In this document: piece after piece, positions 30,729 through 39,200 of the stretch
Position numbering within the stretch: position 1 is the stretch's first letter
Layout: the number at the start of each line of letters is the position of its first letter
IMG/VR virus record: IMGVR_UViG_3300013014_000028
Length of the DNA: 64,000 bases
Source: an uncultured virus (IMG/VR IMGVR_UViG_3300013014_000028)
Taxonomy: Duplodnaviria; Heunggongvirae; Uroviricota; Caudoviricetes
Strand: one strand, 5' to 3'
Position numbers and translations under genes: made by a program
Notes under the pieces: model-generated
The model's input: only the letters and a program-made list of their open reading frames with translations
Databases searched by the model: none
What the model was told of the DNA's origin: nothing

Positions 30729-31553
30729 ATGATTTACATTATTAAAGAAAGTTTTAAGGATGAGACCACCCCAAACATGAAGTATTATGCTTTTGATTGG
30801 GACGATAACATTGTTCATATGCCAACAAAAATTATGTTAAAAACTGAAGATGGTGATGAGATTGGCATGAGTACAGAAGATTTTGCAAAATACAGACATG
30901 ATTTAGGTAAAAACCCTATAGATTATAAGGGTGAAAAAATTGTTGGGTATGCTGAAAATCCTTTCAGAAATTTTAGAACTGAAGGAGATAAAGAATTTCT
31001 TATAGATACGTTAAAGGCTAAAAAAGGTCCCGCGTTTGAAGATTTCAAAGAAGCAATTAATAACGGTTCAATATTTTCAATTATTACCGCAAGAGGTCAC
31101 AATCCTGAAACGTTAAAGCAAGCGGTATACAATTATATTATAACAGGATTTGGTGGAATAGATAAAGAAGAATTAATTAAAAACTTAAGAAAATATAGGT
31201 CTTTTGTTGGAGACGAAGAAATGTCAGACAAAGAACTTATAAAAACATATTTGGAACTCAACAAATATCATCCTGTTACTTTTGGTGTTGGAGGTGCAGA
31301 AAGTCCTGAAGAATTAAAAGTTATGGCAATGGATGATTTTGTGTCTTATATAAAAGGTATGGCAGCAATATTAAATAAAAGAGCTTATATCAAAAAAGAT
31401 TTAGGTAATGAATTTGTTCCTAGAGTTCCTATGATTGGATTCTCAGATGATGACCCTAAAAATGTAGAAGTAATGAAAAAACATTTTGCAGATAAACCAG
31501 AAAAACTAGTTAAGACTTATTCTACTGCAACTGGAACTAAAAAAGAAGCTTAA
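30729..31553 (+). CDS. HAD-superfamily hydrolase/phosphatase
   Basis: Motif I AFDWDDNI, motif II IITARG, Lys, motif IV GFSDDD. Confidence 0.75.
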   Translation: MIYIIKESFKDETTPNMKYYAFDWDDNIVHMPTKIMLKTEDGDEIGMSTEDFAKYRHDLGKNPIDYKGEKIVGYAENPFRNFRTEGDKEFLIDTLKAKKGPAFEDFKEAINNGSIFSIITARGHNPETLKQAVYNYIITGFGGIDKEELIKNLRKYRSFVGDEEMSDKELIKTYLELNKYHPVTFGVGGAESPEELKVMAMDDFVSYIKGMAAILNKRAYIKKDLGNEFVPRVPMIGFSDDDPKNVEVMKKHFADKPEKLVKTYSTATGTKKEA

Positions 31554-31653
31554 TACAATATAATTTTATCTAAAATAAAAGTAAATAGAAATTATTTTTG
31601 ATACTCACATATTTATATAATAAATAAATAAAAAATTTTTAAATTAAAATAAC

Positions 31654-32142
31654 ATGGCTGATTTACTAATGAAAATGCCGATACCTTATGAACCGAAACG
31701 TCAGAACCGTTTTATCTTGAGGTTTCCATCAAGTTTAGGCATTAATGAGTGGTTTGTAGAAAGTACTGCAAGACCACACATTACAATAGCGGCAACAGAA
31801 ATTCCTTTTTTAAACACATCAGTATATGTTGCTGGTAGATTTAACTGGCAAACCATTAACGTAACGTTTAGAGACCCAATTGGACCTTCTGCGTCACAAG
31901 CTCTTATGGAGTGGGTACGTCTACATGCAGAGTCTGTTACAGGTCGTATGGGTTATGCTGCGGGTTATAAAAAAGATATTGACCTTGAAATGTTGGACCC
32001 AACAGGAGTTGTTGTTGAAAAATGGATTCTATATGGTACATTCCTTACAGACGTTAACTTCAATCAGTTGGCTTATAACCAAGATGGACTTGCAACAATA
32101 ACAAGTACTTTAAGAATGGACCGTTGTGTGCTCGTGTATTAG
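31654..32142 (+). CDS. Tail tube protein (gp19-like)
   Basis: YEPKRQNRF, YVAGRFNWQTINVTFRD, YKKDIDLEMLDPTG..VEKWILYG. Confidence 0.9.
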   Translation: MADLLMKMPIPYEPKRQNRFILRFPSSLGINEWFVESTARPHITIAATEIPFLNTSVYVAGRFNWQTINVTFRDPIGPSASQALMEWVRLHAESVTGRMGYAAGYKKDIDLEMLDPTGVVVEKWILYGTFLTDVNFNQLAYNQDGLATITSTLRMDRCVLVY

Positions 32143-32202
32143 TTTTTAATAAAATACATCTAACCATTTACAATATTGTTAAATTCCCGTATATTTACTT
32201 AT

Positions 32203-33111
32203 ATGGGAATTTTTATTTGTAATATATGCGAAAAAGAATGTGACGGTCTTAATTCATTAAGAAGTCATTCTTCACAAAAACACAATATAAGTGGTGATAA
32301 AATTTATATTGAATATGTTTTAAATGGGTTAGAACCAAAGTGTGAATGTGGTTGCGGTGGCAGACCCCCATTTATTACAATAAATAAAGGGTTTTCAAGA
32401 TTTATTCAATCACACCATAATAGAGTTTCAGGAAAAAACAATTTTCATAAAAATCCGAAAACTCGTCAAAAAGCCGCTGAAACTCAAAAGAAAAATTGGG
32501 AAGAAGGGAAATATATTGGATGGTGGGAAAATAAATCTGAAGACACTTTAAAAAAAATAGAAGGAATTAAAGAAAAATTAAGAAACAATAAAGATAGAGG
32601 TAAACAAATATCTAAAAAATTAAAAGGAGTTCCAAAAACAGAAGAGTCAAAACGTAAATTATCAATTTCACAAAAAAAACGATATGAAGATAATCCTCAA
32701 CTAAAAATTAATCAATCTAAATATAAGTTGGAGTGGATGAGAAAAAATTCAAAAGTAAAAACTTCTAAATTAGAAGATAAATTTATTGAAATATTAAATG
32801 AAATTGGGTATGTTAAAGATATTGATTATATTCACAATCATTTAATATTAAACATTAAAACATTTTTTGATTTTTATATTCCAATTAATAAAATAATGAT
32901 AGAAGTTGATGGGGATTTTTATCATTGCAACCCTAATAGTAAATACTCATTCGCTGAATATGATATACAGAAAAAAAATTTATCAAACGACAAAAGAAAG
33001 AATACTTGGTGTGAAAACCACAACATTACTTTAATTCGTTATTGGGAAAAAGATATTAACGAAAGACCTGAATGGATTATTTCCGATTTAAGAAATAGAT
33101 TGTCTTTATAA
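32203..33111 (+). CDS. Free-standing homing-type endonuclease (C2H2 finger, NUMOD3-like linker, Vsr/DUF559-type nuclease); start revised to 32203
   Basis: CNIC..H..H, CECGCG, KTEESKRKLS, FDFYIP...IEVDGDFYH...DKRKN...LIRYWE. Confidence 0.75.
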   Translation: MGIFICNICEKECDGLNSLRSHSSQKHNISGDKIYIEYVLNGLEPKCECGCGGRPPFITINKGFSRFIQSHHNRVSGKNNFHKNPKTRQKAAETQKKNWEEGKYIGWWENKSEDTLKKIEGIKEKLRNNKDRGKQISKKLKGVPKTEESKRKLSISQKKRYEDNPQLKINQSKYKLEWMRKNSKVKTSKLEDKFIEILNEIGYVKDIDYIHNHLILNIKTFFDFYIPINKIMIEVDGDFYHCNPNSKYSFAEYDIQKKNLSNDKRKNTWCENHNITLIRYWEKDINERPEWIISDLRNRLSL

Positions 33112-33131
33112 AAATAAAAACACAATTATAT

Positions 33132-33170
33132 TTAACCCTAAACTAATAAACGTTTAGGGTTAATTTTTTT
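33132..33170 (+). terminator. 12-bp hairpin plus T-run overlapping a promoter motif
   Basis: TTAACCCTAAAC-TAATAAAC-GTTTAGGGTTAA then T7; TATATTTA at 33127-33134 overlaps the 5' arm. Confidence 0.7.
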
Positions 33171-33174
33171 ATAT

Positions 33175-33918
33175 ATGGATGAACAAACAAGACAATACGC
33201 ACAAGAAAACCTAACATTACCACATGATGTAGTACCTTTACCTTCAGAAGGTGTTTTTTATAAAAATAAAAAGAAATCAGTTAAGGTTGGGTATTTAACT
33301 GCGTCTGACGAAAATATTTTGATGGCGGGTGGAGAAGATGTTGCAATTAATTTACTTAGGGCAAAAATTTATGAACCGGATATCCGTGTTGATGATTTAC
33401 TTGAAGGTGATGTTGAAGCAATTCTTATCTTTTTAAGAAATACATCTTTTGGCCCTGAAATATCACTTAATCTTACAGACCCAAAAACAGATAAGTCATT
33501 TACCGCTAATGTTTTGATTGACCAATTATCAATTAAAAAAGGTCAAGACCCAAATCCTGATGGGACATTTACGGTGACTTTACCAAAAAGTAATACAACT
33601 GTAAAACTAAAAATACTTACATACGGTGAGATAAGAGAAATTAATAAATCTTTGGCAATTTATCCTCAAGGAAGGGTTGTACCTTCAGTTACAATGAAAC
33701 TACAAAGACAAATTATAGAAGCCAATGGAACAACAGATAAAGGAGAGATTGCTAAATTAATTGAACAATTACCAATTTTAGATTCTAAATACATTAAAAA
33801 ATTTTTAGATGAAAATGAGCCAAGGCTTGATATGTCTAGAATAGTTAATACCCCATCAGGAGAAAGACTAACAGTTAATGTTGGTTTTGGGGTTGACTTT
33901 TTTCGTCCTTTCTTCTGA
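33175..33918 (+). CDS. Tail assembly chaperone / baseplate hub assembly protein (T4 gp26-like)
   Basis: VPLPSEG.FY, LTASDENIL, LLEGDVEAILIFLRNTSFG, ends GVDFF; lies between the tube and tape-measure genes. Confidence 0.75.
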   Translation: MDEQTRQYAQENLTLPHDVVPLPSEGVFYKNKKKSVKVGYLTASDENILMAGGEDVAINLLRAKIYEPDIRVDDLLEGDVEAILIFLRNTSFGPEISLNLTDPKTDKSFTANVLIDQLSIKKGQDPNPDGTFTVTLPKSNTTVKLKILTYGEIREINKSLAIYPQGRVVPSVTMKLQRQIIEANGTTDKGEIAKLIEQLPILDSKYIKKFLDENEPRLDMSRIVNTPSGERLTVNVGFGVDFFRPFF

Positions 33919-34057
33919 TTATAGACAAGGACAACTGGATGAATTCTATTATTTGGCAACTTTATTAAAAGTAGGGTGGAATGAATTTACAGAAATGCCT
34001 CTTTTTGTAAGAAAATATTTGTTAGATAAGTGGTATAAAGAAAACAAGAAGGACTGA
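33878..34057 (+). CDS. Unannotated small ORF in the +1 frame (gp51/gpT-like chaperone extension)
   Basis: (MLVLGLTFFV)LSSDYRQGQLDEFYYLATLLKVGWNEFTEMPLFVRKYLLDKWYKENKKD*; overlaps the end of the chaperone gene. Confidence 0.7.
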   Translation: MLVLGLTFFVLSSDYRQGQLDEFYYLATLLKVGWNEFTEMPLFVRKYLLDKWYKENKKD

Positions 34058-34081
34058 AAAACAGTCCTTCTTGTATTTATT
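34044..34081 (+). terminator. 13-bp hairpin immediately followed by the TATTTATT motif
   Basis: ACAAGAAGGACTG-AAAAA-CAGTCCTTCTTGT. Confidence 0.7.
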
Positions 34082-34089
34082 AACATATT

Positions 34090-36249
34090 ATGGCAACAGA
34101 CAAAATACCCAATATTGGTGACCCTACAGGAATTATTGAAACTTTTGGTAAACTAGCAAACCAATTGAAATTTGATGCTGGTAATATAAAAGATGCTTTT
34201 GGAGATATTGAAGGCGCTGCTTTAGAGATAAATAAACAATTTGGACAAGGCAGACAAAGAATTGGTGAGTTAAAAACTGCGGTTGCCGACGCAATTCCTG
34301 CAATTGATAGATTGGGGGGTACTTCATATGACGCGGTTGAAACAATAAGAAAAGTATCAGAAGCGACAAATAGAAATGTTGTGGCATCTACTGAAGATAT
34401 AACGAAATTATATTCGGCAATGCAAATTACGGGTATAGACGTTAAAACGCTTGTAGAAGGATTTCAAGATGTCGGAGTTCAATTTTCACAAGTAGGACCT
34501 CAAATAAAAGAATCTATAGATTATATTCAAAGTGTTGGAGCTAATGCTGGAGCGGTAATGAGTAAAGTGATGGAAAATATGAGCCAAATGAATAGGTTCA
34601 ATTTCCAAGACGGCGTTTTAGGTTTAACAAAAATGGCAACTCAAGCAACCTTAATGAAATTTGATATGGGTCAGGTTTTTACTTTGGCCGACAAAGCTTT
34701 AGACCCACAAGGTGCAATTGAGTTATCATCCGCCTTTCAAAGGTTAGGAATCTCTGCTGGTGGATTAACCGACCCATTTGAATTAATGTATAAGTCATTG
34801 AACGACCCAGAGGGTTTACAAGATAGTATTGTAGAAATGACAAAGCAATTCACTTATTTTGATGAAAAAACAAAATCATTTAAAATAAATCCTGCAGGAA
34901 TGCTTCAATTGAGAGAACTTCAAGACCAAACAGGACTTATGGCATCTGAGATGTCCAAATTAGCATTAAACACTGCGGATTTGGATAGAAAACTTTCCAT
35001 GTTAAGACCTTCTTTGAAATTTGAAAACGAGGAAGATAAGATGTATTTGGCAAATATTGCCAAGATGGGAAAGGGTGGTGAATATACTGTAGATATTGTA
35101 AATAAAGAAGGAAATACAGAAACAAAAAAATTACAAGATTTAACTCAGGACCAGTTAGACATTTTAATAGAAGAAGAAAAAACTAGACCAAAAGATTTAG
35201 AGAGCATGCAAAGAGCCCAATTACACAATATTGAGGCAATGGCCGGAGACATGAGAGCCATTAGAGATAAATTGGTTTACGGTTTTGTATCTGCTCCAAA
35301 AGTCAGTAATTTTGCTGAAGATATTGGACAAATTGGAAAAATTGTGACTGATACTTTAAATAAAAATGTTGACCAAAAAGCGGTTAGGGGAAAAGTAGAT
35401 GAGACAATTGGAGATGTTAAAGAAATAATCTCAAAAATGATTAGAGGTGAAAGTGTCGGATTAGATTTTGAATCTTTGGAGAAAACAACTAAAGGGATAT
35501 TTGATTTTGAAAAATTAAAGGATAAGATAATGGGTATGTCGGGAGACATAAAAAAAGAAATACCTCAAAAAATTAAAGATAGATATGATTTGCCATCGGT
35601 TGACCTTTCAAAATTATTTGAAAAGATGACAAATTGGTTTGATAATAATGATGGAAAATATTCAAAAGTTGATGACTTTCCAAAATATAGTCCAAAAAAT
35701 TCATATCCAAAATTTGATGATTTTCCAAATAAAAAAGAGTTATCTGTAACTACAATTGATACTGGAGCTCTTAATATTGGGGATAAAGGATTAACAGAGT
35801 TATTTGCTTCAATAGGTAAATCAAAATATGTTGTTGGAATTCCTACTGATATTTCTGATGCGTTTAAATCTAGTTTTGCGGATATTGCAGGTCAAGTTGG
35901 TATTACAAATGGACTAACTGAAAAAAGTAATAATATACTTAGTGAAATTGCAAAAAATATAAAAAGTCCTGTTGGGACACCTATTAATAGAGATTCTGCA
36001 TATAATGTTAGAAGTTTGGTTAAATCATCGTCTACTCCCTCAACAGATAATTTTTCAAAAAATACAGAATCACATATGCATACATTTGATGGTAATATTA
36101 CTTGGAGAATAGACGCACCTCCTGAGTTAGATACTAAAAGATTTTATGCGATGATAGACAAACAAGAATTTAAAGAAGCGTTTTACAAGATAGTTCTTGA
36201 AAAGTTTAAAGAAACAGAACAACAAAGCTCTTATACAAAATCTGCATAA
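34090..36249 (+). CDS. Putative tape measure protein
   Basis: Helical Ala/Gln/Met-rich sequence in the canonical position after tube and chaperone. Confidence 0.6.
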   Translation: MATDKIPNIGDPTGIIETFGKLANQLKFDAGNIKDAFGDIEGAALEINKQFGQGRQRIGELKTAVADAIPAIDRLGGTSYDAVETIRKVSEATNRNVVASTEDITKLYSAMQITGIDVKTLVEGFQDVGVQFSQVGPQIKESIDYIQSVGANAGAVMSKVMENMSQMNRFNFQDGVLGLTKMATQATLMKFDMGQVFTLADKALDPQGAIELSSAFQRLGISAGGLTDPFELMYKSLNDPEGLQDSIVEMTKQFTYFDEKTKSFKINPAGMLQLRELQDQTGLMASEMSKLALNTADLDRKLSMLRPSLKFENEEDKMYLANIAKMGKGGEYTVDIVNKEGNTETKKLQDLTQDQLDILIEEEKTRPKDLESMQRAQLHNIEAMAGDMRAIRDKLVYGFVSAPKVSNFAEDIGQIGKIVTDTLNKNVDQKAVRGKVDETIGDVKEIISKMIRGESVGLDFESLEKTTKGIFDFEKLKDKIMGMSGDIKKEIPQKIKDRYDLPSVDLSKLFEKMTNWFDNNDGKYSKVDDFPKYSPKNSYPKFDDFPNKKELSVTTIDTGALNIGDKGLTELFASIGKSKYVVGIPTDISDAFKSSFADIAGQVGITNGLTEKSNNILSEIAKNIKSPVGTPINRDSAYNVRSLVKSSSTPSTDNFSKNTESHMHTFDGNITWRIDAPPELDTKRFYAMIDKQEFKEAFYKIVLEKFKETEQQSSYTKSA

Positions 36250-36285
36250 AAATTCTAAAGAATCTATTTATATTAAAAGAAATAA

Positions 36286-39200
36286 ATGGGTAGCCCGCTA
36301 ATTGTCAATTCCGAAGTATTCAGAAAAAAAATTATTGTCAAAAACTTGGTACCTTATATCAAGTCACCCAGCAAAATTACGCCACCCATTAATTATGACA
36401 CTATATTATCAGATTATTCGGTTACGGATTCGCCTGATGTTTTAATTGACGAATCTGGTTTTGCTAAAAATCTATATAAAAATAATCAGTATGGGTCAGA
36501 AGGTGGATATAAACAAGTTCCTGACCCAACAGCATTACTTAATAGTAAATCTAATGAGGGTGAATATGGGTATCAGGATGCTAATATTGTGGATGATGGT
36601 TATGCCGCAACACAACTTTGGAGACCTTTAAACGCTTATGCGGCAAGTAATAATTTGGACGCGGCTGATGTTATTGCAACATTGGAAATTTTGCAAGTTA
36701 ATAATGGAAGAACTCCAAATGGTCAACAATATCCATCATTCAATAATTCTTCATATACTCCGGTTGGGATATTATTATCACCTGACCCATTAGGTGATAA
36801 TGGTTTATTAAGTCAAGATTCATATATTGCTCGTTTAGGTGCTAAATTATTAAAAAAAGAATTTGAAGCAAGAATAGGTAGAGAAATTATTAGGAATACG
36901 GTTGCAAGGGCAAATATTTTTAATGTTAGGTCAGGAACTGATGTTTTAAATTTGATTACTGGTAGAGTACCACTTATAGAACCAAACTATACTATTACAG
37001 TTCCGGCGAATCCAATAATTGCCGCCACAGATTTTGCTTTGAAATTAGCCGGTTCAACAATACCTGTATCAACAATACCTGGTTCTTATTTTGATTCAAG
37101 TATTAATTCAGGACAACCAACAACAATACAACAACTTAATAATGCATTTAGAAAAAGTACCGTTGGTAAATTTGTTACAAAATTACTTGGAAGTCCTAAA
37201 ACAGGTTCAGAATTATTTTTAAATAATACTGGAGGTGGACAAAAATCTAGATTATTTGGTAACTTAAATTATAACAAATATAAACCAGGATATAATAGAA
37301 CTATATTTGATAGGTTAGGAGGGGCTATTGTAGGTACTAATACTGAAAATAGTAACTATTACATAGGGTCAACAACATCAGAACCATCAAGAGTTTTTTC
37401 ACCTAGTGGTTCTTTACCTAATAATAGTTTTGGGGAAGAACAACAATCACCTGTATTTGGTCCGTCAGAGTTAGCACAATTATATGAAGGTCCTAGTAAA
37501 GAGATTAGATTGGGTGCTAATGGAGTTGCTTATGTCAATGGGGGAGGAATTGAAGGTGGGTTAACTTGGATATCTCCAGGTACCGAATCAAATGCCGGAA
37601 AAAAAGTAACTCCTGGAGGAGGAACCATTTCAACTGAAAAGATACAAGTATTACCATCATTTGGTAGTACAATGTCTACATCAATTGACTTTAAAGACGG
37701 TTCAATATTAGACCAGACAAAAAGAATAATTGATAGTGCTGGAAAATCGGGAGGAAAAAAATTACAACATGTTGGAAATGCTATAGACCAAGTAAGTAAA
37801 GTATTTAACGACGGATATAAAGAAATTACCAAAGGTTCAAAAGTTATAAGTTATTATTATAATGGTTTTCAAAATATTGGAAATGAAGTAGGTGCGGAAT
37901 ATTGTAGAGTTTTTAGTAAAGATTTACCTTATTTACAATATAACGATTTACAAAAAACAGATGGAATTACAACACAAAATAGAAAAATAAGTTATTCTGT
38001 CTTAGATAGTACATACAATCTTAATATATATCCTAATAAAAAAACAGGAACTGCAAACTCAACAAATTTAGTTGGGGACCCTGATAAAGATGGTCACGTT
38101 AAAAAGTATATGTTCTCAATTGAGAATTTAGCATGGAGGACATCAAGTAAACCAGGATTTACATATTCTGATTTACCTGTATGTGAAAGAGGTCCAAATG
38201 GAGGCAGAATTATGTGGTTTCCTCCTTATGGTTTAACTTTTTCTGAAAACAATAGTGCGTCATGGAAAGATTCATCATTTATTGGAAGACCTGAACCAAT
38301 ATATACTTACAGTAACACAAGTAGAACTGGTAGTTTAACTTGGAAGATAGTTGTTGACCACCCATCAGTATTGAATTTAATTGTAAATAAAGTTTTAAAT
38401 AGTCAAACAAACAAAGAAAAAATTAACTCAATGATTGATTCTTTTTTTGCAGGTTGTTTAAAATATGATTTATATGATTTGGCTAAAAAATATCCTTTGG
38501 CTAATCCAAATGATTTATATATTATTCAAACTGAACTTAATTCAAAACAAGTTCCTAAAGAACAAATTAATTGGATTGCAAAACAATTAACAAGTGGTAA
38601 AGATAGTTCTAATAATGAAACTATACCTGAAGTGCAAAATCCTATTATTAACACGCAAGATATTACAGGACCTTTATTGGGTTTAGGCTTTTATTTTTAT
38701 AATGATGAACCAGGTAAAACAGAAACTACACCACAACCTTACAATTACTATTATACCTCATATGTTGGTAATAAACAAACATACATAAATGCTGCGGTAA
38801 ATGAAGGAGGAACTAAAAATAAAGAACAAGTAACTTTATTTTTTAGTGATGTTGTAGAATCAAACTATTCTATGGTTAATGAAAACCTTTTGAAGATTTA
38901 TAATGGTATTAAAGCTAATGAATATGAAAAAGTGGTTATTAATTTGGTCGGAACAACATCAGCTCCGGCAACTAAAGAATATAATTTGGGTTTGGCTAAA
39001 AGAAGAGATGATTCTGTAAAAAAATATATTAGGGAGTTTAAACCAGCTACGGAAAAAAGTACATTAAGTGAACTTGCATTAACTAATAATATTATTATAT
39101 CTATAACTCAAACAGAAGAAGGTGAAACTTCTGTCACAGTTAAGAATAAAGATAAAGTCACAAGCAACTCATATAATTGTACGGACCAAGATAATTCAAC

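Noticed and set aside
17076..32202. Track start codons at 17076, 22641, 24822, 24864 and 32176
   Set aside because: Downstream ATGs (17121, 22608, 24840, 24795, 32203) remove overlaps and in most cases sit just after the promoter motif.
35655..35735. Short internal duplication (KVDDFPK / KFDDFPN) in the tape-measure-like gene
   Set aside because: Only two degenerate copies; no evidence of function beyond a local duplication.
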